A stretch of 61,334 bases of DNA, counting the filler, from Chiloscyllium plagiosum (Eukaryota): assembly GCF_004010195.1 (NCBI RefSeq). It is 3 parts of one record of this genome, joined end to end, with 100 filler letters (N's around TTAATTAATTAA, not from the genome) between each part and the next. Parts side by side here need not be neighbours in the genome. Positions count along the whole stretch, not along the records: positions 1 to 25,978 come from NC_057717.1; 2 more parts are not named here. One strand, 5' to 3'. Positions 10,757-21,394 of the stretch are shown piece by piece. The notes beneath the pieces were generated by a model. It saw nothing but the letters and a program-made list of their open reading frames with translations. It ran no database searches and was not told the DNA's origin. How positions within the stretch are numbered: the first letter of the stretch is position 1; each line of letters starts with the position of its first letter. A program made the position numbers and the translations under genes.

Positions 10757-11800
10757 GGAGAAGAAAGTGAGGACTGCAGATGCTGGAGATCAGAGCTGAA
10801 AATGTGTTGCTAGAAAAGCGCAGCAGGTCAGGCAGCATCCAAGGAACAGGAGAATCGACGTTTCGGGAATAAGCCCTTCTTCAGGAATGAGGAAAGTGTG
10901 TCCAGCAGGCTAAGATAAAAGGTAGGGAGGAGGGACTTGGGGGAGNNNNNNNNNNNNNNTAGTTCCCTCCCAAACCCTATCTGTTTTCCAGAAAGACTGT
11001 TCCCACCATAACTACCTGGTCAGGTCCACGCCATAACAAGTGACCATCCCCTCCTTGCATCCTTGCACCTTCCCCTGCCACCGCAGTAATTGTAAAACCT
11101 GCACCCACACCTCCCCCCTTACATCCACCCAAGGCCTCATAAACCTTCCACATTCATCAAAGTTTCACCTGTACTTCGAAACATGCTATTTATTGTTTCT
11201 GTTGCTCGCGATGTATTCTCCTCTACATTAGGGAGGCTGGATGCCTTCTCACAGAGTACTTTAGACAACATCTCCGGGCCACTCACACCAAGCCATTCCA
11301 CCACCCAGTGGTCGAATATTTCAACTCCCACTCCTGCTCTGCTGAGGGCATGCAGGCCCTGGGCCTAGAACAAAGAATATAGAAATTCTAGAGCCTCCTC
11401 CGTCACCACTCCCTCCCACCCGACGTCTTGAAGAAGAAAGCCTTATCTTCCACCTTGACACTCATAAAACACCATGTCCATCAATATGGACTTAACCAGT
11501 TTCCTCATTTCCCTTACCTGCACTTTACCCCAGTTTCAACCTTCCAGCTCAATACCGCCCTCCTTACCTGTCCCGCTTGTCAATCCTCCTTCCCACCTAT
11601 CCGCTCCACCCTCGACCCTGACCTATCACCCTTACGCACACCTCCATCCGCCTATTGCACTCTCAGCTCCTTTCCCCCCCAATCCCATCCCCCTCCCATT
11701 TATCTCTCAACCCCCGAGGCTCCCAGCATCATTCCTGATGAAGGGCTTTTGCCTGAGATGTCAAGTTTCCTGCTCCACGGATGCTGCCTGCCCTGTTAGC
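10757..11800. mobile_element. Penelope-like element with an inverted terminal copy (minus 10757-10945, plus ~10960-11800)
   Basis: TFPCHRSNCKTCTHTSPLTS (Cys linker before GIY-YIG); terminal motif present in both orientations. Confidence 0.7.
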
Positions 11801-12082
11801 ACACAAACTGTCATGACACATTCCATATTGTTAGCCACGGGCAGTCTCCATTAACAGTTCCCAGCCGGATCATTATCCACCCCGTTGTTTGTCCAACTGC
11901 TCTTCTCTCTCTTTAGGGACTATCCCCACCTATCGTTCATTCCTGACCTCTGACGTTCAGTTCAGAGAACAAGTGCTGTATTTTGGTAGCAACAGCGGGG
12001 AGCGATAATCCAAACCAGGTGGTACAGCTGAAAAGGAGTGCACGATGTATATGTGCATCAGTCATTCCAATTGGCAGGTCGG

Positions 12083-12122
<40 letters not shown>

Positions 12123-12207
12123 GTAAATAAAGCAGACAGTGTCTTTGGTTTATTGTTGAGGCACTGAGGCACTGAGTACAAGAGCAGGAAGGTGATGTTG
12201 AACAAGG

Positions 12208-12505
12208 GAGGTGGCACGTTGGCTCAGTGGTTAGCACTGCTACCTCACAGCAGCAGGGATCCAGGTTCGATTCCAGCCCCGGGCGACTGTCTGTGTGGAG
12301 TTTGCACATTCTCCCCGTGTCTGCGTGGGTTTCCTCCCACAGGCCAAAGATGTGCACGTTAGGGTGGATTGGCCATGGGAAATTGTCCTGTCGTGTTAGA
12401 TGCAATACTCAGGGAGTAAATATAGAGGAATGGGTCTGTGGGTCGGTGTGGACTTGTTGGGCCGAAGGGCCTGTTTCCATACTCTAGGGAATCGAATCTA
12501 ATCTA
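12208..12505 (+). mobile_element. HE1-type SINE, near full length
   Basis: A/B boxes, V domain, GGGCCGAAGGGCCTGTTTCC tail and ATCTAATCTA end. Confidence 0.85.
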
Positions 12506-12899
12506 TGTACAAGACACTCATTAGTCTTCAGTTGGAGTATTGGAGTAAGAAGGACGTGTGTACGTCATTGAGAGAGAGCGCAGATCCGAGTTGCAGGAAC
12601 GGTCACTGAGATGAGAGGTTTCAGTGATGAGGGTAGGTGGGAGAAACTGGAGATGTCTCCTTTAGAGAGGGAAAGGTAATGCCGTTGAAGAGATTTGAGA
12701 GAACTTTCCCCGATCATGTGTCGAAACTGCCCCTGCCCATCAAAGGGTGCAAGATGCAGGGCTACAGATCGTAAGGTGATGTACACAGGAGGTAAATGCA
12801 ATGTGAGAGCGAGAAAGACTTTCAGAGCCGGGAACACATACAGATTTGATTGAGGTGCTCAATAATTAATTCGGGGTTTACAAATGAGTAGAACAACAA

Positions 12900-13410
12900 G
12901 GGAAAAGGATATTATTAAAAACTGGAGAGGGCTCTGGAGAGATTTCCCAGGATGTTGCCGGGAATGAGAGGGTTTGAGTTATACAGAAAGGCTGGACAGG
13001 CTGGGGCTGTTTTCCCCGGAGCGTAGGAGGCTGAGGGGTGACCTTATAGAGGTTTATAAAATCATGAGGGGGCTAAATAAAGTGAATAGCTGCTGTCTTT
13101 TCCCCTGGGGTGGGGGATTTCAAAATGAGGCAGCATATTTTTTAAGGAGGGAGGAGAGAGATTTAAGAAGGGCACGTGGGGCAACTGTTTTCCCCAGAGG
13201 GTGGTCCATGTGTGGAATGACCTTCCTGAGGAAGTGGAGGGTGTGGGGACAGTTACAACGTTTAAAAGGGATTTGGATAAGGAGATGGACAGGAAAGGGT
13301 TGGAGGGAGATGGGCCAGGAGCAGGAGGGGGAGGGGACTAGTTTAATTTGGGGATTAGGGTCACATTGGATTGGATGGGCTGAAGGGTCTGTTTCCGTGC
13401 TGTAGGACTT
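12900..13410 (+). mobile_element. CR1 LINE 3' end
   Basis: LSYTERLDRLGLFSPERRRLRGDLIEVYKIMRG. Confidence 0.85.
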
Positions 13411-13669
13411 TGTGGCTCCCATATGTCATAAGACAATGGGACAACTCGGTACCTGGGTTCAACAGAAGTGATAAGGGTTTCGAAATGAGGTTGAGATATC
13501 TGAATATGACAAGGTGAAAGGAATCAATAATGAGGAGATGGTCAAGCACTGGTGATTAGGGGTAATGGTGTTGGAAAACTCTCAGCTTTAATGATGGTGA
13601 AGACTGTGACAGGCATATGATGAGTGGCTACCATGGAGTTGAGAGAGAGGTGGCCAGTGATGGTCCTTG

Positions 13670-13845
13670 GGATGTGTGGGTGTGTTGGCCATGCTAAATT
13701 GCTCATTGTGTTAGGTGCATTAGTCGGGGATAAATATAGGTTCGGGGAATGGGTCTGGGTGGGTTACTCTTCGGAGGGTCAGTGTGGACTTGTTGGGCCA
13801 CAGGGCCTGTTTCTATACTGTAGGGAACCTAATATAATCTAATCC
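13670..13845 (+). mobile_element. HE1-type SINE 3' half
   Basis: TTGGCCATGCTAAATTG...GGACTTGTTGGGCC..GGGCCTGTTTC...AATCTAATC. Confidence 0.75.
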
Positions 13846-13913
13846 AAAACTCTGGTCGGTGTACTTTTTGGTGTTAATACAGGAAAGCAATGACAGTTAT
13901 TAAGGTTATCAAA

Positions 13914-14622
13914 CCCCGTGCAGGCCCTGTCCCTGGGAGTGTTTGATGGGAGACAGTGTAGAGGGAGCTTTACTCTGTATCTAACCCCGTGCTGTCCCTG
14001 TCCCTGGGAGTGTTTGTTGGGGGGACAGTGTAGAGAGAGCTTTACTCTATATCTAACCCCGAGCTGTCCCTGTTCCTGGGAGTGTTTGATGGTAGGACAG
14101 TGTAGAGGGAGCTTTACTCTGTATCTAACCCCGTGCTGTCCCTGTCCCTGGGAGTGTTTGTGGGGGGGACAGTGTAGAGAGAGCTTTACTCTATATCTAA
14201 CCCCGTGCTGTCCCTGTCCTGGGAGTGGTTGATGTGGGACAGTGTAGAGAGAGCTTTACTCTGTATCTAATCCCGTCCTGTCCCTGTCCTGGGAGTGTTT
14301 GATGGGGTGGACAGTGTAGAGGGAGCTTTACTCTGTATCTAACCCCGTGCTGTCTCTGTCCCTGGGAGTGTTGGATGGTGGGACAGTGTAGAGAGAGCTT
14401 TACTCTATATCTAACCCATGCTGTCCCTGTCCTGGGAGTGTTTGATGGGGTGGACAGTGTAGAGGGAGCTTTACTCTGTATCTAACCCCGTGCTCTCTCT
14501 GTCCTGGGAGTGTTTAATGAGGGACATTGTAGAGGGAGCTTTACTCTGTAAGTAACTCCATGCAGTCCCTGTCCCAGGGATTGTTTGATGGGGGACTGTG
14601 TAGAGAGAGCTTTACTCCATAT
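13914..14622 (+). repeat. ~71-bp minisatellite, about 10 copies, ending just before the exon 3 acceptor
   Basis: Unit CCCCGTGCTGTCCCTGTCCCTGGGAGTGTTTGATGGGGACAGTGTAGAGGGAGCTTTACTCTGTATCTAA. Confidence 0.92.
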
Positions 14623-14666
14623 GTTAGCCTGTCCAATTGTAACATTTCAGTCCTTTCTGTTCCCAG

Positions 14667-14936
14667 AGCGCATTGCAGGGGTCACGGTCACCATGACCCC
14701 CAACGTTACCAACTCCATGCGGAACGTAACTCTCAGTTGCTCTGTGGAAGGTGGCACACGACCGGAATTCTCCTGGACTAAGGACTGGAAGAACATCACG
14801 GAGACGGAGAGATTGTCCATTGGGAATTCTGGACAGACTCTTGAGCTGTACATGCTCAGTGCGGAGGACTGTGGGATCTACACCTGCCTGGTCACCAATC
14901 AACTGAACAGCCAGACGCAAAGTCTGAGCCTATTAG
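14667..14936 (+). CDS. HEPACAM-like protein exon 3: C2/I-set Ig domain
   Basis: Acceptor ctgttcccAG at 14666; 270 nt, phase 1-1; NVTLSCSVEGGTRPEFSWTKD...TLEL...EDCGIYTCLVTNQLNS; donor G|GTGGCG is weak but in frame with the TM exon. Confidence 0.9.
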
Positions 14937-15439
14937 GTGGCGTTGCGTTGCTACCTTAATGTCATTCATCAAACTTTGCGCGCTCTGGTTGGGTGTTGCC
15001 TCCTGTTAGATAGGATCCTATAAGTGGACAGCACTTTACTAAACAATCACGTGTGCTACAATTTCAGATCCAACCAGAAAGAGCTGGAGCAACTCTGGGC
15101 CGCAGGAATGGGGCTGGGCTTTTGTGTTCAGTTCAGAAACGCGAGATGGTTATGGGTATAGTTTTGCGACCTGAATGCAGGGAGAGGAAGTCGGAGCAGG
15201 GTTAGGGAAAGGCTAAGGCAGATTGGAGATTGCAAATCGCGGAGCGCTAAACATAACAGGAGAGTGAATAGCTATGAGAGAGTGCAAGGTACAGATCGAG
15301 AGAAGACTTCAGTGGCAGAGAAAGGATGAAATCGAACTGAAAGCAAGGTTTTCAGGATGGAATACTGCGGGTTTATTAGAGGGGCACTGGGAGAATGGTC
15401 AAAATGGTGGGTATGAAGTCAGTGAGACGTCTTTTCAAT

Positions 15440-15700
15440 TCACTCAAGGGGCTGATGGCATCACTGCTGGGTCAACATTTATCAGCCCCTTGTCCCTAGT
15501 TGCCCCCCCTTGGGAAGGTGGGGGGTGAGCTGCCTCCTTGACCCGCTGCAGTCCATGCGCTGTAGGGTAGGCCCACAATGTCCCTGAGGGAGGGAATCCC
15601 AGGATTCTGACCCAGGAAGGAACGGCCGATACATTTCCAAGTCGGGAGGGTGAGGGGCTCAGAGTGGAACTTGCAGGGGGGTGGTGTTCCCATGTACCTT
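15440..15700 (-). mobile_element. 3' end of a second LINE family
   Basis: Its end resembles the tail of the SINE at 18415 (ACATTTAT..GCCC..TCCCTAGTTGCCC..GAAGGTGG..GTGAGCTGCC). Confidence 0.55.
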
Positions 15701-15704
15701 GTCA

Positions 15705-16515
15705 TAGAATCAAAGAGTCTTAGAGTCTTCAGTCCAAATCATCCATGCCGACCAGATATCTTAACCCAATCTAGTCCCATTTGCCAGCACTTGGCCCATA
15801 TCCCTCCAAACCCTTCCTATTCATGTCCTCATCCAGGTACCTCTTAAATGTTGCAATTGTACCAGCCTCCACCACATCCTCTGGCAGCTCATTCCATACA
15901 CGTACCACCCTCTGAGTGAAAACGTTGCCCCTCAGGTCCCTTTTAAATTATTCCCCTCTCACCCTAAACTTATGTTCCCTACTTCTGAGGAAGAGTCACT
16001 CCAAAATGTTAACTCTGGCTTCTCTCCACAAATGCGGCCAGATCTACTGAGATTTTCCAACAATTTCTGTTTTTACCTCTAACTTGAGACTCCCCCGCCC
16101 CATGGAAACGACCTTATCTATTAATCTTATCAATGCACCTCATGATTTTATAAACCTCTATAAGGTCACCCCTCAGCCTCCGACGCTCCAGGGAAATCAG
16201 CCCCAGCCTGTTCAGTCTCTCCAACCCTGGCATCATCCTTGTAAATCTTTTCTGAACCCTTTCAAGTTTCATAACATCCTTCCTGTAGCCAGAATTGAAA
16301 CCAGAATTGAACGCAACATTCCAAACGTGGTCTAACCAATTTCTGCAACATGGCCTCCCAACTCCTGTACTCAATACTCTGACCAATAAAGGAAAGCATA
16401 CCAAACGCTGCCTTCACTATCCTATCTACCTGTGACTCCACTTTCAAGGAGCTATGAACCTGCACTCCAAGGTCTCGTTGCTCAGCAACACTCCCCAGGA
16501 CCTTACCGTTAGGTC
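15705..16515 (-). mobile_element. CR1 LINE 3' region, interrupted by a short Penelope-type terminus (~15985-16080)
   Basis: QRDLGVQVHSSLKVESQVDRIVKAAFGMLSFI...LVRPRLECCVQFW and KLERVQKRFTRM. Confidence 0.85.
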
Positions 16516-17044
16516 CCGGCACGATGTGAATGTAACTTATCACTTGTCAGTCGTATCTTCAGACCTCAACTGCACGTTGCCCTTAATTTTGATCTATTTT
16601 GATCACCTTGCTGGTTGAGGAGATATCTGTTATACTTTGTAAATATTGATTGACTTAGCCTCCATTGCTCTCTTCCGAAAGGACCAGTACCGCATCCTTT
16701 TGATAAACGCTCTCCCCCTGCCCGATTTAAATGGGCGTAATCTTCCTTTTTTAAAGTGTGTCATCTTGTCCCCTCAAGATCCTAAACCCCCTCGTGTTTT
16801 TTGGCTATGTGTCCAGCCTGTCCAACCTTTCCTGGCAAGATAACCTGCAACTCCGACCAGACCCCAGGAATCTGTTGAGCCAGTATTTGCCGAACCGCTT
16901 TCCAATGCGGTTGGATGTTGGGAGGATGAAATGTTTGTACAGGGTCTCAGAAACAGGGATCAAACCCACCCTGGACAGCTGCATCGAGGCAGATCGATTC
17001 TAATGGCCATGCAGCTCCTTTGCTGCACCTTTCAGTCCTGGAGA

Positions 17045-17549
17045 TGTGTGTGTGTGTGTGTGTGTGTGAGAGTGAGGGTGTGTGCGTGTGTGTGTGTCTG
17101 TGTGTGAGTGTGTGTGTCTGTGTGTGTCTGTGTCTGTGTGTGTGTGTCTGTGTGAGTGTGTGTCTGTCTGTGTGTGTGTGTCTGTGTGTGAGTGTGTGTG
17201 TCTGTGTGTGTGTCCGTGTGAGTGTGTGTGTGCGTGTGTGTGTGTGAGTGTGTGTGGCTGTGTGAGTGTGTGTCTGTCTGTGTGTGTGTGTGTGTCTGTG
17301 TGAGTGTGTGTGTGAGTGTGTGTATGAGTGTGTGTGTGTGAGTGTGTGTGTGTGTGTCTGTGNNNNNNNNNNNNNNNNNNNNNNNNNNNNNNNNNNNNNN
17401 NNNNNNNNNNNNNNNGTGTCTGTGTGAGTGTGTCTGTGTGAGTGTGTGTGTGTCTGTGTGTGTGTGTCTGTGTGTGTGTGTGGGTGTGTCTGTGTGAGTG
17501 TGTGTGTGTGGGTGAGTGTGTGTCTGTGTGTGTATGTGAGTGTGTGTGA

Positions 17550-17580
<31 letters not shown>

Positions 17581-17595
17581 AATGTGTGAGTGAGA
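17045..17595. repeat. (GT)n-derived microsatellite with small gap
   Basis: Direct inspection. Confidence 0.95.
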
Positions 17596-17658
17596 GCCTG
17601 TGTCTTGCCTGTGAAGACTGTAATGACCTTACCTATACTGAATTGTTCCCCTCTCCAG

Positions 17659-17784
17659 CATCTCCAAGCTTCCCGCAGTGCAGTCCAGATTGGGCTTTGA
17701 CGAAGAGACATCATTACCTGCTCGTCATCATAACCGTGGCCTCTGGCATCGTCTTGATGAGCTTGTTGATATATTCCACAAAGG
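17659..17784 (+). CDS. HEPACAM-like protein exon 4: stalk and transmembrane helix
   Basis: Acceptor cccctctccAG at 17658, donor G|GTGAGT at 17784/17785; 126 nt, phase 1-1; ASPSFPQCSPDWALTKRHHYLLVIITVASGIVLMSLLIYSTK. Confidence 0.88.
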
Positions 17785-17924
17785 GTGAGTATCCCATCCA
17801 CTCGGTAGTTCCACAATGTTGACTGAATGGTGGTACGAAGGAGTCCGTGTATCTGAAAGGAGCATTATGTCGGTGACTTCATGGTGAAGTGTAATCCCCT
17901 TCTCTTTCCCATTCTCTCTTGCAG

Positions 17925-17962
17925 TCGGTAAGATCGCTCTCCAGAGAACCAGGTCAAAGTAA
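17925..17962 (+). CDS. HEPACAM-like protein exon 5: juxtamembrane VGKIALQRTRSK (stops at TAA 17960-17962 or splices at AA|GTAAGC 17958/17959)
   Basis: Long polypyrimidine tract then GCAG at 17924; basic residues typical of a cytoplasmic juxtamembrane segment. Confidence 0.65.
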
Positions 17963-18414
17963 GCAGCCAGCGAGGGGCCGAATGTTTGAATCCAGCACAT
18001 CATCGCAAGCAATGCTGCACCTCCCTCAGATATTTGCCACCGCGGTTTGAAAATGTCACTGACCAGGATAGGATCCCTGACCATTTTTTGAGTCACCCAG
18101 TCTCATCCGTTCAACTGTTTCCTTTGTGAGCATTATCACCAACAAGACAGCATGGTGAAGCCGTGAGAGAGCTACCTATCTCTGACGGCGGTTGAAAGTT
18201 AAGGATCGTCATGTCTCAGACGAGGGTGAGACCCTTCATGGCCTGGTCAGCCAGAGCAGGAACTGAACCCACGGTGCGGCGGCTATCACAATGCTTGAAC
18301 AATCTGGCCCACCCAGCGTGCTGAGCTAACCGACCCTGACTGATGCTGCAATCCTTAACCTCACACACTTCGCTTCAATCTCAACTCAAGCCCCTTCACT
18401 GGTTCCTTCGAATA

Positions 18415-18760
18415 ATTCACTCAGGGGATGTGGGTGTTGCTGGTTCGACCCAGCATTTATTGCCCATCCCGGATTGTCCAGGTGGGGGCAGTTCAGAGTC
18501 AACCGCATTCACTGTAGGTCTGGAGTCACGCGTTGGCCCAGACCAGTAGGGCTGGCAGTTTCCTTCCCTGTAGGACATTAGTGAACCAGATGGGATTTAC
18601 CGGCAATGTATTCATGATCATCATTCAATTTTTAATTCCAGACGTTTATTGAGTTTAATATTTTACTGTAGCAGAATTCGAATCCAGCCCCCCCCACACA
18701 CAGCGTTACCTGGGTCTCAGGATTAACAGTCCAACGATAATACCACTGGGACATCGCCTC
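18415..18760 (-). mobile_element. tRNA-derived SINE (same family as ~51040-51413 and ~59295-59555)
   Basis: Reverse strand: A/B-box-like head, GGGAAGGAAAC..TGACTCCAGACC..GGTTGACTCT core, AATAAATGCTGG..CACATCCC tail. Confidence 0.65.
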
Positions 18761-18883
18761 TCCTCATCCATCCCCAACTGATGCTGCATCCCTTACCTTC
18801 CTGGACATCTCCCTCTTTGCCCCCTTTCCACAACCACACTGATACCTCTTCCTGTCCGGAAACTGTCGAATTCACAAACTCAG

Positions 18884-19117
18884 CGGTCTCTCCAAGTGGA
18901 GGATAACAGCGCCATCTCTCCCTGCCCGGAAAGCCCGGCATTCCAGCCCAGCACCTCTGCCAGAAACACGGGCAGGAATGCTCCGGTCGGGATCGACGCA
19001 CTAGGAACCGAAGATGGAGGCGTTGACTCCTGCTGTGACGACGGGGACAGAGTGTCCCCACAGCGCAGCCAATTCCAGCTGAACTACGGAGCATTTATCC
19101 ACCCTTCCCGAGCTTAG
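18884..19117 (+). CDS. Probable terminal cytoplasmic exon of the HEPACAM-like gene (frame uncertain; stop at 19004 or 19117)
   Basis: First AG (18882-18883) after a ~150-nt AG-free pyrimidine-rich zone; GC-rich unique sequence; AATAAA ~450 nt beyond the second stop. Confidence 0.45.
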   Translation, partial: RSLQVEDNSAISPCPESPAFQPSTSARNTGRNAPVGIDALGTEDGGVDSCCDDGDRVSPQRSQFQLNYGAFIHPSRA

Positions 19118-19560
19118 TGAAGCGGAGCGGGCACTTGACGAGGGATTTTGGGAAGGGGAGCTGGCGGAGGAGAGCCGGAGAGTTACCCCAATCGGGAATT
19201 CGACAGCTGCGGTGAGAGGGAGGGCTGACGAGAGAGAGGGTGGGGAGAGGGGGTTTTGCCAACACTTTGGCATGGGGATGGACAGCACATACTGAATAAT
19301 CCCAAGAGCACCATTTGCTACAATAACCCCCGATTCGGGCCAAATGCTGGTGATCCCAAGTGATACCGCAGACTGGGCTGGCCAGCGGGCAAACTGACTC
19401 AGACTGGCACTGCGGGTGAATGTCAGTTTACCAGGTATACAGAGGTGTCATATGCCTACGCTTTGCAATAGCCCAGAATGAGAGCAGCTGTTGGTTGTTT
19501 GAAGGAGTGGGCAGGACGTGTAGAATAATCCTGCCCGTGCCGATGGAGACTGTAACCATC

Positions 19561-19566
19561 AATAAA
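19561..19566 (+). terminator. Polyadenylation signal of the HEPACAM-like gene
   Basis: AATAAA in unique sequence downstream of the last candidate exon. Confidence 0.5.
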
Positions 19567-20019
19567 TCAGAAAGCCAATAACATGCCTCATCGCTGGAAG
19601 CAGACTATATTTACAAGGACGGACTCTTTCACATCAATTCAAATGAATGTACTGAATTCCTGCAGTGTTTTCAAAACTAAGTGGGCACTTTTGGGAGGTG
19701 GGGCAGAGTGTATTGTTACCCTCAAGACAAGATTGTAGCCTAGCCAGAAACCAGTCTGTGTAAATTAGCCAGTGCTTGGAAATTGGGCACGCTTACGAAA
19801 GGTGGGAAATGGGCAAACAGAGGGTGCGTTTCCATCACATCGATAAAGTTTCCATCACATACAGACAGGGGGTTATGAAGGGGTTTCACACACTCCCCTT
19901 CATTGCTCAGCCCTTTGAGTGTAAAGGTGGGAAATGGGCAAACAGAGGGTGCGTTTCCATCACATCGATAAAGTTTCCATCACATACAGACAGGGGGGTT
20001 ATGAAGGGGTTTCACACAC

Positions 20020-21120
20020 TCCCCTTCATTGCTCAGCCCTTTGAGTGTAGGGGTTGGGGACGTCATGTTGAGGTTGTACAGGAGATTGGTGAGGCCCCTT
20101 CTGGAATACTGTGTCCAGTTCTGGTCGCCCTGTTATAGGAAGGATATTATTAAACTGGAGAGGGTTCCGGAGCGAGGGGCAACTGTTTTCCCCAGAGGGT
20201 GGTCCGTGTGTGGAAACCTTCCTGAGGAAGTGGGGGTGTGGGGACAGTTACAACGTTTAAAAGGGATTTGGATAAGGACATGGACAGGAAAGGGTTGGAG
20301 GGAGATGGGCCAGGAGCAGGCAGGGGGGACTGGGTTAGTTTGGGAACATGGTTAGCAAGGACTGAATGGCCCTAAAGGGTCTGTGTCTGTGCTGTAGGAC
20401 TTTCTGACTCTCGGTACTTCGATTTAAAAGACACTTGGATGGGTACATGGACAGGGAAGGGTTTTGAGGGATAAGGGCCAAACACAGCCGAATGGGATTA
20501 GTTCCGTTTGGGAAAACCGGTCGGCATGGATGAGTTGGGCCGAAGGGTCTGTGCCCGTGCTGTGTGACTCTATGTTGCACCGGCAACGCCAAAGTGTTTC
20601 AGGCTGTGGGCCTGGTGGAGGTTGGGAACTGTTGGGTGGTTATTTCTGACTGGCGATGGGCCAAAGTCCTCGTTTTGGGAATGTGAGGTATAACATGTGA
20701 GGTGGCTGGGTCTACAATAAATGGAGTATAAAATGATGTGGGGGTGGGATGTGATTGAAGCTCACAGAATACCGTACGGCCTGGACAGAGTGGATGTCGG
20801 GGAGATGTTTCCATTGGTCGGAGAGACTAGGATCCGAGGGCACAGCCTCAGAGTAAAGGGAAGACCCTTTAGAACAGAGATAAGGAGAGACTTCTTCAGC
20901 CAGAGGGTGGGGAATCTGTGGAATTCACAACCAGGTGGGGGCCAGGTCACTGAGTATATTTAACACGGAGATAGAGAGGCTCTTGATTATCAAATGAATC
21001 AACGGTTAATGGGGAGAAGATGAGAGAAAGAATTTGAGAAACTTATCGGCCATGATAGAATGGTGGAGCAGACTCAATGGGCCGAATGGCCTAATTTCTG
21101 CTCCTGTGCTCTGATGGTCT
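20020..21120 (+). mobile_element. Several nested or consecutive CR1 3' fragments
   Basis: LYRRLVRPLLEYCVQFWSPCYRKDIIKLERV and FPLVGETRIRGHSLRVKGRPFRTEIRRDFFSQRVGNLWNS. Confidence 0.85.
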
Positions 21121-21394
21121 TCTCTGCTGCAGCCCATGTGTCGGAAAGGCGGGTCATGACCCCTGCCATAACCTTCCCCTCCGCCACCGCACCCTTCACG
21201 ATTTGGGGAGGTTGAGTCACTGCTGACTGAGTCAGAAGGCGATGCAGGGACTTGGCAGCACAGACACGCTCTGAGCCAGGGATGGGCCCACAGGGCTTGC
21301 GAAAGGACCATGGGGATGGAGCTGGAGGCGATTCATGGGAACGCCCTCCGCCCTGTGTCTTCGAAGGGAGAGGCAGACAGTATAGAGACAAGCA

